Positions 50,859 to 59,679 are shown, counted from the stretch's first letter. The stretch: DNA of 64,000 nt from Clostridia bacterium (GCA_017502875.1 JAFVUF010000001.1:10191-74190); one strand, 5' to 3'. Made by a program: numbers and translations. Notes: generated by a model from the sequence alone, not told the origin.

Positions 50859-50947
50859 GCGAGCCAATCAAAAGATTGGATGTTGGCATGACCAACCCGC
50901 ACTGCGGAGGATTAACCTCTGCGCCGAGGATTACCCTCGGCTTTTTT
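50859..50947 (+). ncRNA. Candidate roughly 90-nt small RNA ending in an intrinsic terminator
   Basis: Four hairpins: CCAATC-AAAA-GATTGG (50864-79), GTTGG-CATGA-CCAAC (50882-96), GCGGAGG-ATTAA-CCTCTGC (50904-22) and GCCGAGG-ATTAC-CCTCGGC (50923-41), followed by T6. It lies directly downstream of the promoter at 50824. Confidence 0.35.
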
Positions 50948-51013
50948 CTTTTGTGTATACTGACAAATGTATTGTAATGCAACATAGAATTTTTATTTTT
51001 TTCGGTTATCCTA

Positions 51014-51042
51014 TTGACTTTGGTTTATTTATGCTGTACAAT
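51014..51042 (+). promoter_or_regulatory. Near-consensus promoter, twin module 2
   Basis: TTGACT-17 nt-TACAAT, with upstream flank TTTTTCGGTTATCCTA paralogous to module 1 (TTCTTCGGTTCTCTTA). Confidence 0.45.
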
Positions 51043-51048
51043 AATAAC

Positions 51049-51130
51049 GAAAAGGATTTAGTGACCGCATTAGCGAGAACGTGGAACTATGTACGAATTA
51101 AGTTTCGGGTGTTCGTCCTTTTCTTTTTTA
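51049..51130 (+). ncRNA. Candidate roughly 80-nt transcript from twin promoter 2
   Basis: An 8-bp closing helix GAAAAGGA (51049-56) / TCCTTTTC (51116-23) is followed by T-runs. The internal structure is weak. Confidence 0.2.
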
Positions 51131-51293
51131 TTTTATATGTTTTTATCTTCAATGGAATAAGACTGACCGTTAAAGCTATTGCTGAAAGATGAGTAATATT
51201 TTTACATAGTTCAGGCTAAAAAGCTTTACTCATATCTTTGGGGTTTGAATAGGAATAATTAAATATATCTTTTTTGCAAACAACGAATTACTA

Positions 51294-51322
51294 TTGCAAA
51301 AAACGTTTTGATATGATATAAT
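51294..51322 (+). promoter_or_regulatory. Sigma-A-type promoter for the dNMP-kinase-like gene
   Basis: TTGCAA-17 nt-TATAAT, 33 nt upstream of ATG 51356. A second TTGCAA lies 20 nt further upstream. Confidence 0.45.
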
Positions 51323-51355
51323 AAATATGAAAAAAGGACGTAGGAGTTTTAGGTT

Positions 51356-51862
51356 ATGAAAAAGCTTGCTATTGTAATAAACGGAAGCGGCGGCGCGGGG
51401 AAGGATACTCTTTGCGATATGGCTGCAAAGCATTTCAAGGTGATAAATGTGTCGACCATAGACCCCATAAAGCGCATTGCGCGTGAAAACGGCTGGAACG
51501 GTGAGAAGGACCTCAAATCAAGAAAGTTTCTTGCCGACTTAAAGCAGCTTTTTGCCGAATATAACGATTTGCCGACAAGATACGTTGTTGAAAAATGCAA
51601 AGAGTTTCTTTCAGATGACAGTGAGCTGTTTTTTGTCCATATAAGAGAAGGCGAGCAGATAGCGCATTTTATTGATGAAGCTAAAAAGGTTGGCGCAGAG
51701 CCCAAAACCCTGCTTGTTCGCTCGAAGCGCTGCGAGGCGGTCTACGGTAACGCAAGCGACGACGACGTAGCGAATTATAATTACGATTATTACTATGACA
51801 ATGACCTTCCGCTTGACGAAGCGGAAAACGATTTTGTTAGCTTCCTTGGAAAAATAACTTAA
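51356..51862 (+). CDS. P-loop kinase resembling phage-type deoxynucleoside monophosphate kinases
   Basis: The Walker A motif GSGGAGKDT (the SGKDT signature seen in dNMP kinases of the T4 gp1 type), the small size (168 aa) and an acidic Tyr-rich C-terminus. Confidence 0.5.
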   Translation: MKKLAIVINGSGGAGKDTLCDMAAKHFKVINVSTIDPIKRIARENGWNGEKDLKSRKFLADLKQLFAEYNDLPTRYVVEKCKEFLSDDSELFFVHIREGEQIAHFIDEAKKVGAEPKTLLVRSKRCEAVYGNASDDDVANYNYDYYYDNDLPLDEAENDFVSFLGKIT

Positions 51863-51921
51863 ATTGAAGAAAATCACAATATGAATTTCCTCTCCGTAAT
51901 AAAACGCATAATTAGTAAAAA

Positions 51922-51952
51922 TAAAAAGGCTGTCTGAGAGACAGCCTTTTTA
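51922..51952. terminator. Bidirectional intrinsic terminator
   Basis: AAAAGGCTGTCT-GAG-AGACAGCCTTTT with flanking A and T runs. Confidence 0.8.
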
Positions 51953-52139
51953 TGTTGTTTACTGTGTTTTCGGCAAACGCCGTTTGAATGGTTGATTTTT
52001 TAAAAAGGTGAGTATACTTAGCGCAGTTAACGTTATCGTTTTAAAGATGACAAAAAAGCATACTTGTCTGAAATACGTCAATATAAACAATTACTAACCT
52101 TTTTAATATTATAAGACACAAAATTCAACCATTTTAGCA

Positions 52140-53390
52140 TTATCTCTTTAAGAGAACTTCCTTTTCGTATTTCTTTACCTCGTCAAGCCAAGCGGAGCGA
52201 ACCGGAACGCCCTCCATCTCGCAGTACATATCCCATACGGCAGAGAATGGAAGTGTCTTTATCTCCTCCATAAGAGCAAGACGGGAGGTGTAGTCGCCCG
52301 TTGCCTCAAGCTCGCGGAGCTTTGCGGAGGGCTCAAGCGCCGCAAATAGCAGAGCCTTCTGCATTGAACGGGTACCGATAGTCCAAGCGGCGATACGGTT
52401 TATCGAGCCGTCGAAGAAGTCCAGACCTATGTGAACTCTGTCGGTAAAGCCGCCTCGGAGTATCTCGCACGCGATAGCTTTAAGCTCATCGTCGAGGATT
52501 ACAACGTGGTCGGAGTCCCAACGTACAGGACGGGAAACGTGAAGAAGTATCTCGTCAAGGAAAAGAAGCGTAGAGGATATCTTATCGGAAACAACCTCGG
52601 TGGGATGGAAGTGTCCTGTGTCGAGGGTGAGGAGCTTGCCGTTCTTTGCTGCGTAGCCCATACAGAATTCGCCCGAGCCGATGGTGCAGCTTTCGGCGCC
52701 GATACCGAACACCTTGCTCTCAATAGCGTCCTTGTTGTACTTTTCGTCGATAGGCTCAGCGAATATCTCGTCGTAAGCCTCCTTCATGCGAAGCCTTGTT
52801 CCGTAGCGGTCAGCGGGGATATCCTTGTAGCCGTCTGGCATCCAGAAGTTTGTGATAACGGTGTTATTAAGCTTCTTACCTATGTACTCAGCGACCTTTC
52901 TTGAGCCCTTGCAATGCTCAATCCAGAAATCTCTTACGTTTTTGTCGGGGTGGCTGATGGTGAGTCCGTCAGAGCTTAATGGGTGAGAGAAGCACGAGGG
53001 GTTGTAATCTATTCCGAGGTTTCTCTCCTTTGCCCAATCAATCCAGGAGTCGAAATGCTTAGGCTCTATCTTCTCACGGCTGACGGGAACGTCGGAATCA
53101 AGATAGAAGGAATGAAGATTTATTCTCTTCTTGCCGGGGATAAGCTCGCAGGCCTTGTCGAAGTCTGCGCGAAGCTCGGCAATATTTCTTGCCTTTCCGG
53201 GATAGTTACCCGTTACCTGAATACCGCCGGTCAAGTCTCCGTCGGGATTCTCAAAGCCCTTGACGTCGTCGCCCTGCCAGCAGTGCATTGAAACGGGAAT
53301 CTGAGAAACAAGCTTGATAGCGGCATCGGTATCAATGCCGTACTGAGCGTATATTTCTTTTGCTATCTCGTACATTTTCTTTGTGCTCAT
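52140..53390 (-). CDS. rhaA: L-rhamnose isomerase
   Basis: [10 protein letters not shown], the TGHFHPTE metal-binding block and a length of about 416 aa are typical of RhaA. Confidence 0.92.
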   Translation of the reverse strand: MSTKKMYEIAKEIYAQYGIDTDAAIKLVSQIPVSMHCWQGDDVKGFENPDGDLTGGIQVTGNYPGKARNIAELRADFDKACELIPGKKRINLHSFYLDSDVPVSREKIEPKHFDSWIDWAKERNLGIDYNPSCFSHPLSSDGLTISHPDKNVRDFWIEHCKGSRKVAEYIGKKLNNTVITNFWMPDGYKDIPADRYGTRLRMKEAYDEIFAEPIDEKYNKDAIESKVFGIGAESCTIGSGEFCMGYAAKNGKLLTLDTGHFHPTEVVSDKISSTLLFLDEILLHVSRPVRWDSDHVVILDDELKAIACEILRGGFTDRVHIGLDFFDGSINRIAAWTIGTRSMQKALLFAALEPSAKLRELEATGDYTSRLALMEEIKTLPFSAVWDMYCEMEGVPVRSAWLDEVKKYEKEVLLKR

Positions 53391-53431
53391 AGTTTGTATG
53401 CCTCTTATAAATTGTTAATTATGTCTTTATA

Positions 53432-54910
53432 TTAGTTTTTATTTGTTAATTTCAAGAATTTTTCGTAACCTGCGTCCCATACAGCCTTATTGCTCGGATT
53501 GGGCTCGTAGCACTCAACTCCAAAGGAATCGGATATCATAGCTCTTGCTTCGCTAAGGTCCTTAAGCTCGCCCGAGGCTATGGTCTGAGAAACGAGATTA
53601 CCGATAGCGGTAGCCTCGGTAGGTCCAGCGTATACGGGTATTCCGCAGCAGTCGGCGGTGAACTGATTGAGAACGGTCTCCTTGGAGCCGCCGCCTATTA
53701 TATTAATGAAGGGAGTCTTATTGCCGGTTATCTTTTCGATGCATTCGAGAGTATTTCTGTAACGGAGAGCAAGGCTATCGAATACGCAACGCACGAACTC
53801 ACCCTTGGTTTCGGGAACGGGCTGAGACGTACGCTTGCAGTAATCCTGAATACGTCCCGTCATATTTCCGGGAGGAGTAAAGATAACGTCGTCAGGGTTA
53901 ATTATGGAGCGCATAGGCTGGCTCTTTTCGCCCATCGCGGCGAGGTCGTCGTATGACGTTTTGAAGCCGTCCTTACGAGCGAAGTCTCTGCGGCACTCGG
54001 TGTGTATCCACAGACCCATGATATTTTTAAGGAAGCAGATACGTCCGTCCGCGCCGCCCTCGTTTGTAATGTTGTAAAGCTCGGTCTCCTTTGAAATTAT
54101 GGGGCTGCGGAGCTCTGTTCCCATAAGCGACCACGTGCCTGAGCTTATGTAAACGAAATTCTCGCCCTTGGCGGGAACAGACATAATAGCGGAAGCGGTG
54201 TCGTGAGATGCTACGCTTACTATGTCGGCATCTATGTCGCCCACCTCGCTTCTGATCTGCGGAAGAAGCTTGCCTATTTTTGTGCCGGGCTGAACTATCT
54301 CACCGAAAATGTGAGTGGGTATACCGTGCTTTTTGATAACGTCGTACGCCCAGTCCTTGGTTTTCGGGTCTATGAGCGCGCCGGTAGTCGCGTTTGTGTA
54401 CTCGTTTAATTTCTTACCTGTGAGCAAATAATTGAGGAAATCAGGTATCATAAGGAATCTTCCGGCGCTGTCGAGAAGCTTAGGATTTGAGCGCATATCG
54501 GCAAGCAGCTGATATAACGTGTTGAAATTCATGCTTTGAATACCCGTAGCCTGATAAAGCTCGCTCTTGGTCATAAAGCGTTCTGCGTATTCAATTATGT
54601 CATCGGTACGGCTGTCGCGGTAGTTTACTGGGTTGCTAACCGTTCTGCCGTCCTTTCCGATAAGAGCGTAATCAACGCCCCATGTGTCTATACCTATGCT
54701 TTGGGTATCCGTACCCGCAAGCTTAATAGAGGTTTTAATGTTTTCGAATATGTCCATCACGTTCCATTGGAGCGTTCCTGCCATGTAAGATGAGCTGTCG
54801 TCAAAGCGGTGGTTTTCTTCAAGTGTGAGTTTTTTACCGTCAAAGCTTCCGACGATGCCTCTGCCGCTTGTTGCGCCGAGGTCAATAGCCAGCATTTTTA
54901 GGTTTGACAT
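53432..54910 (-). CDS. rhaB: Rhamnulokinase (FGGY family)
   Basis: LAIDLGATSGRG...GIDTWGVDY...GGGSKE, and it lies immediately upstream of rhaA. Confidence 0.9.
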   Translation of the reverse strand: MSNLKMLAIDLGATSGRGIVGSFDGKKLTLEENHRFDDSSSYMAGTLQWNVMDIFENIKTSIKLAGTDTQSIGIDTWGVDYALIGKDGRTVSNPVNYRDSRTDDIIEYAERFMTKSELYQATGIQSMNFNTLYQLLADMRSNPKLLDSAGRFLMIPDFLNYLLTGKKLNEYTNATTGALIDPKTKDWAYDVIKKHGIPTHIFGEIVQPGTKIGKLLPQIRSEVGDIDADIVSVASHDTASAIMSVPAKGENFVYISSGTWSLMGTELRSPIISKETELYNITNEGGADGRICFLKNIMGLWIHTECRRDFARKDGFKTSYDDLAAMGEKSQPMRSIINPDDVIFTPPGNMTGRIQDYCKRTSQPVPETKGEFVRCVFDSLALRYRNTLECIEKITGNKTPFINIIGGGSKETVLNQFTADCCGIPVYAGPTEATAIGNLVSQTIASGELKDLSEARAMISDSFGVECYEPNPSNKAVWDAGYEKFLKLTNKN

Positions 54911-55121
54911 AACTGTAATATCCTCCCTTAATTTTACAATTATCTATATTTAGAATAACAATTTTAAAAAAACATGTCAAGACCGAAAATATCAAATGGG
55001 TTTCATTTTCCGACTTACTTATTTTAAAACGGTACGCGTCCTTTAAAATCAAGAGGATTTTGAGTAGGCTTTATCAGCAATCGCATAACCTCTTTAAAAT
55101 ATAAGGGTTCGCAAGTCTGCC

Positions 55122-57500
55122 TCAGTGCTTTATTTCAATAACGGTAACGCCGTAGTCGCCCTCTCCGTACATACCTGCCCTGAAGGAAGCTATACGGGGC
55201 TCCTTTTTCAGAGCTGTCCATAGTGCCTGTCTGAGTGCGCCAGTGCCCTTACCGTGAACGAGCGTTACTGTGTAAAAGCCCGCCATATAAGCGTCATCGA
55301 TATATTTATCCACGGCGAACCACGCCTCGTCTCCTGTCATTCCGCGAAGGTCTATCTCCGTCTTGAAATCCTTTTTGGCAAGGGTTTTGCTAACCGTACC
55401 GGTGTATTTTTTTGGTGCGGTTTTCTTTTTTACTTCTATTAAGCGCAGATTATCAACAGTCGTTTTAGTGGTAACGATTCCTATGCGGACGGTAACGTTT
55501 CCGTCCTTATCCGGAGCTTTAAGTACCGTTCCTATCTTGTCAACGTTTACGAGCCTTACATCGTCCCCCACCTTAATCGGACGCGACGGAGGAGCGTCAT
55601 CTGTGATTTTTACGCTTGATGATATAAGGGCGCCCTCGGAGGAACGTATACTTTGACGAACCTCGTCTCTTGCTCTGTCAAGCTGTGAGCGCGTAAGGTC
55701 CTTTGCGTTCTGCTTTTGCAGCCTGTCAAGCCTGTCGAATATAAATACGGACGAAGCCTTGGCGCTTTCTATCATTCTCGCCGCCTGCTCACGCAGATTT
55801 TGAGTGTCTCTTTGCGCGCGGGCGGTGAGGTCTTCGATATATTTTCTTTGATTTTTCTCGTATTCTCTGAATGCGGCAAGCTCGTCTTCAAGCTCCCGTT
55901 TTTGTTTATCAAGCTCTATTCTTTGCTTATCGAGGTTTGATATAACGTCCTCAACTCTTCTGTTTTCCGAGCTGATGAAGCGCTCCGCGCGTTCAATAAT
56001 TCTTTTTGGAATACCTATTTTTTCGGAAATAGCGAAGGCGTTTGAGCGACCCGGCGTGCCGATTATGAGACGGTAGGTAGGCTTTAAGGTCTCAATGTCG
56101 AACTCACAGCCCGCATTGGTAACGCCTTCCTTGTTAACGGCGTATTCTTTAAGCTCGGAATAGTGTGTTGTAGCGGCGCACAGCGCTCCGTAGGAGCGTA
56201 TTTCCTCAAGCACGGAAATGGCTATTGCCGCGCCCTCAACGGGGTCTGTACCCGAGCCAAGCTCGTCAAAAAGCACCAAACTGTCTTTATCGACCTTTTT
56301 CAGTATGCCCAGAATGTTAGACATATGCGACGAGAAGGTGGAGAGCGACTGCTCAATGCTTTGCTCGTCGCCTATATCCGCGAGTATGCTGTCGAAAACG
56401 CATATATCCGCATTCTCGCAGGGAAGCGCAAGTCCTGACTGCGCCATAAGAGCGAAAAGCCCTATCGTTTTAAGAGTTACGGTTTTACCGCCCGTGTTCG
56501 GGCCTGTGATGACAAGCGTATCGAAATCTATACCGAGCGAAACTGAAATCGGCACTACGGTGTCGGGGTTAAGCAGAGGGTGTCTTGCCTTTTCAAGCGA
56601 AAGATAGCGCCTGTCGTTTATTTTAGGCTCGCACGCGCCTATTCGGTTGGCAAATTCAGCCTTTGCGAATATGAACGCAAGCAAGGTTAAATTCATATAA
56701 TTAAGGTTTATAGTCGAGCCGTAGGTAGAGCAGTCTGCGGAAAGGGAAGCGAGTATTCGCTCAATTTCCCGCGCCTCCTTGCTTTGAAGCTCACGCAGGT
56801 CGTTGTTAGCCTCAACCACCGCGTACGGCTCGATAAATACGGTAGCGCCCGTCTGAGAGGTGTCGTGAACGAGACCCTTTATCTCGTTTTTGTACTCAGC
56901 CTTGACGGGAACGACGTATCTTCCGTTCTTTACGGTAACAATGCTCTCTTGAAGAAATTTGGCGTAAGCGCCCGATACGTACCTTGAAAGCGTTTCTCTG
57001 ACCGCGCTTTGCGCGTGGCGCACCTTTCTGCGTATATCGGCTAACGCAGGACTTGCCTCATCGGCTATCATATCCTCAAAAGGAATAGCTCTAAGTATTT
57101 TTTCTTCAAGAAAACGGTTGGGTGTCAAACGCCTGAAAATGACGTCAATAACCGTTTCGTCAGCGGGGTTGTCGTCAATATAATCAAGCACCGTACGCGC
57201 GGTACGCAAAACGTTCGCTATCTCGATAAGCTCACCCGTAGTGAGCGAAGCGTGCTTGTCAGCCTTGGCTATCGAGTCGGCTACGTCCTTTACCGCACAA
57301 AACGACGGGGCGTTTTTCTTGGAGATAAGATATCTTGCCGCCGCTGTCTCCGCTTGCAGCCTTTTGACTCTTACGGGGTCGCTTTCGGGCGAAAGCTCAT
57401 AGGCGAGCTTTTTCGCCCCCTCCGTTGCGGCGCAGGAAGCGAGCATAGCGGTAATCTTATCAAATTCAAGTGTCTTTAATGATTTTTTGAAATGAGACAT
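55122..57500 (-). CDS. mutS2: Endonuclease MutS2
   Basis: MutS domain V with Walker A GPNTGGKT, a long coiled coil and a C-terminal Smr domain (IDLRGMTGDEA...VHGKGTGALR). Confidence 0.95.
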   Translation of the reverse strand: MSHFKKSLKTLEFDKITAMLASCAATEGAKKLAYELSPESDPVRVKRLQAETAAARYLISKKNAPSFCAVKDVADSIAKADKHASLTTGELIEIANVLRTARTVLDYIDDNPADETVIDVIFRRLTPNRFLEEKILRAIPFEDMIADEASPALADIRRKVRHAQSAVRETLSRYVSGAYAKFLQESIVTVKNGRYVVPVKAEYKNEIKGLVHDTSQTGATVFIEPYAVVEANNDLRELQSKEAREIERILASLSADCSTYGSTINLNYMNLTLLAFIFAKAEFANRIGACEPKINDRRYLSLEKARHPLLNPDTVVPISVSLGIDFDTLVITGPNTGGKTVTLKTIGLFALMAQSGLALPCENADICVFDSILADIGDEQSIEQSLSTFSSHMSNILGILKKVDKDSLVLFDELGSGTDPVEGAAIAISVLEEIRSYGALCAATTHYSELKEYAVNKEGVTNAGCEFDIETLKPTYRLIIGTPGRSNAFAISEKIGIPKRIIERAERFISSENRRVEDVISNLDKQRIELDKQKRELEDELAAFREYEKNQRKYIEDLTARAQRDTQNLREQAARMIESAKASSVFIFDRLDRLQKQNAKDLTRSQLDRARDEVRQSIRSSEGALISSSVKITDDAPPSRPIKVGDDVRLVNVDKIGTVLKAPDKDGNVTVRIGIVTTKTTVDNLRLIEVKKKTAPKKYTGTVSKTLAKKDFKTEIDLRGMTGDEAWFAVDKYIDDAYMAGFYTVTLVHGKGTGALRQALWTALKKEPRIASFRAGMYGEGDYGVTVIEIKH

Positions 57501-57509
57501 ACTTTTCTC

Positions 57510-58130
57510 TTATTTATCTAAAAATTTTAAAAATGAAAGCCTGTGAATAGGGCTTGGTCCGTATTTTCTCACCGCCTCCATATGCTCGGCGGTAGGGTAG
57601 CCCTTGTGCTTAGCTATGCCGTATTCGGGGTAGAGGGCGTCGTGCTCAAGGCAGAGGCGGTCTCTGGTTACCTTTGCGAGTATAGACGCCGCGGCTATGC
57701 TTGGAGATTTTCCGTCGCCCTTGATTACCGTTACCGCCTTGCAGGGAAAATCACGAGCGACGTTTCCGTCAACTAACGCAAGGTCAGGGGAGTGGCTTAG
57801 CTTTTCGATAGAACGGCGCATAGCCAGCTGAGAAGCGTTTAGAATGTTTATTTCGTCAATAACGGTGTTATCGACAAGCTCAATAGCGTAGGAAAGCGCG
57901 TTTTCGATTATTACGCCGTAAAGCTCGTCGCGTTTTTTCTCCGAGAGCTTTTTTGAGTCGTTAAGCCCCGGAATTATAAAGCCTCTTGGAAGAATAACGG
58001 CGGCAGCCGCCACGGGACCGCAGAGAGGACCTCTGCCCGCCTCGTCTGTGCCGCATATAACCGAGTAACCCTCGGCAAAATACTGTTCTTCAAGCTCCCA
58101 CGTAAGCGGAACGGGCACTTTTCTTGGCAT
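57510..58130 (-). CDS. rnhB: Ribonuclease HII
   Basis: GTDEAGRGPLCGPVAAAAV...DSKKLS catalytic motifs. The start is set at ATG 58130 (RBS AAAGGACG), avoiding overlap with rbgA. Confidence 0.9.
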   Translation of the reverse strand: MPRKVPVPLTWELEEQYFAEGYSVICGTDEAGRGPLCGPVAAAAVILPRGFIIPGLNDSKKLSEKKRDELYGVIIENALSYAIELVDNTVIDEINILNASQLAMRRSIEKLSHSPDLALVDGNVARDFPCKAVTVIKGDGKSPSIAAASILAKVTRDRLCLEHDALYPEYGIAKHKGYPTAEHMEAVRKYGPSPIHRLSFLKFLDK

Positions 58131-58152
58131 AATAATACGTCCTTTACTTAGT

Positions 58153-59019
58153 TTAGGGTGTTTCAAGCGAAACTCTGCCAATCTTTCCTGAACGGAATTC
58201 TTCAAGCAGGGTTATAGCGGTTCTTTCGGTGTTAATCTCGCCTCTGGCGGCAAGGAAGCCTCTCTTTCTGCCTATCGCTTCAAGCACGTCGAAGTCTATA
58301 AGCTCCTCGCTTAGCTCCTCCTCGGTGAGCTTGTAACGGGAAATCAGGGCTTCGGGGGCGATTCTGCGAAGCCTTGAAATGAGAAGACAGGCTATCTCCT
58401 CCTGGTCGAGAATCATATCCTTTATCGCGCCCGTAATGGCTAAATTCTCGCCAACGAGCCGTTCCTCAAACTTCGGCCAAAGCACTCCCGGGGTATCGAG
58501 CAGGTCAAGACCGTGCTTGGTAGAAACCCACTGCTTGTCCTTGGTAACTCCGGGGCGGTTCTCCGCTTTTGCTTTTGCAGAGCCTGCCATTCGGTTGATA
58601 AAGGTGCTTTTGCCGGAGTTCGGTATACCTACTACAAGAGCTTTAAGGGTACGTCCAAGCATACCTCTATCGCTGTAACGGGCGAGCTTTTCGGCAAGTA
58701 TGGAGTTTATTTTCGGCATTATGTCGCCAAGGCCCTCTCCCGTGTTGCAATCGGTGAAAAGACATTCAATACCTTTTTTTTTGTAATGCTCGCGCCATTT
58801 TGAGCATATATCGGGGCTGGCAAGCGACGCCTTATTAAGCAGTATGAGCTTTGGCTTGCTCTCGGCAATTTTCTCAATATCGGGGTTATGAGATGAATAC
58901 GGTATCCTTGCGTCAAGAATCTCTATCACTATGTCAACGAGCGATAGACTTTCCCTTATAAGACGCTTGGTTTTTGCCATATGGCCCGGAAACCACTGTA
59001 TCTGCTTTGACTGTTGCAT
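58153..59019 (-). CDS. rbgA: Ribosome biogenesis GTPase A (YlqF/RbgA)
   Basis: Circularly permuted GTPase: QWFPGHMAK, LLNKASL (G4), GIPNSGKST (G1), DTPG (G3). Confidence 0.92.
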   Translation of the reverse strand: MQQSKQIQWFPGHMAKTKRLIRESLSLVDIVIEILDARIPYSSHNPDIEKIAESKPKLILLNKASLASPDICSKWREHYKKKGIECLFTDCNTGEGLGDIMPKINSILAEKLARYSDRGMLGRTLKALVVGIPNSGKSTFINRMAGSAKAKAENRPGVTKDKQWVSTKHGLDLLDTPGVLWPKFEERLVGENLAITGAIKDMILDQEEIACLLISRLRRIAPEALISRYKLTEEELSEELIDFDVLEAIGRKRGFLAARGEINTERTAITLLEEFRSGKIGRVSLETP

Positions 59020-59040
59020 TGCTTTACTTCGCTTTCGGTG

Positions 59041-59679
59041 TTAGTATAATTTAAATTCGCTCAGCGGCAGTATTTTTACGCATACCTTGCCGAGCACATT
59101 TCTTTCGTCTATCATTCCGACCTGCTCAAATCGGCTGTCGAGCGATTTATGCGGAGCGCGGTTGTCTCCCATAACAAATACCTTCCCGTCTTCTACCGTA
59201 AAGGTATCGGGAAGGTAGTCAGAGGAGTCAAACGGAAGGGTGGAATCCGCTATATAGTCCTCGTTTAGAACCACTCCGTCGACGGTTATTTTGCGTTTTT
59301 CGTAATCAATAGTTACGGTTTGCCCCTCGGTCGCTATAACTCGCTTGACCAGAGGTCTTTCCATTCCGTAGCTCTCGGATTGGCAGACTATGATATCGCC
59401 GTTTTTTGCCGTATAACCGAGTTTTCTGATTATCAGAATATCTCCGTTTTCAAGTGTCGGCGACATTGAGCTGCCCACAACGGGACTGTGCGTGAACAGA
59501 AGCAGAAGCACCGCCATAGCTATGGCAAAGTAGAGCGTAAACGTTTCTATCCACTCAAACGCCGCCGCAAATCCTCTCGGGGGCTGTTCGCTGCCCGAGG
59601 GCTTGGAAGCTTCTGAAAGCTCCGTTTCCTTAGCTAAGGCGTTTTCTTTTATGCTCTCGCCGTTATTTTCGTTGTTCAT
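59041..59679 (-). CDS. lepB: Signal peptidase I
   Basis: TM anchor, the catalytic Ser block GSSMSPTL, the Lys block KRVIA and the GDNR box. Confidence 0.9.
   Translation of the reverse strand: MNNENNGESIKENALAKETELSEASKPSGSEQPPRGFAAAFEWIETFTLYFAIAMAVLLLLFTHSPVVGSSMSPTLENGDILIIRKLGYTAKNGDIIVCQSESYGMERPLVKRVIATEGQTVTIDYEKRKITVDGVVLNEDYIADSTLPFDSSDYLPDTFTVEDGKVFVMGDNRAPHKSLDSRFEQVGMIDERNVLGKVCVKILPLSEFKLY

Noticed and set aside
51089-51160. 23-codon hydrophobic mini-ORF (MYELSFGCSSFSFLFYMFLSSME), considered as a type I toxin
   Set aside because: It has a poor SD, and its hydrophobicity derives from the terminator T-runs it reads through. It is kept only as an alternative within the module 2 finding.
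50953-51192. 79-aa plus-strand ORF across twin promoter module 2
   Set aside because: It runs straight through a near-consensus -35/-10 and the T-rich tracts. The Phe/Ile/Leu-rich translation is what a T-rich spacer yields. It has no RBS.
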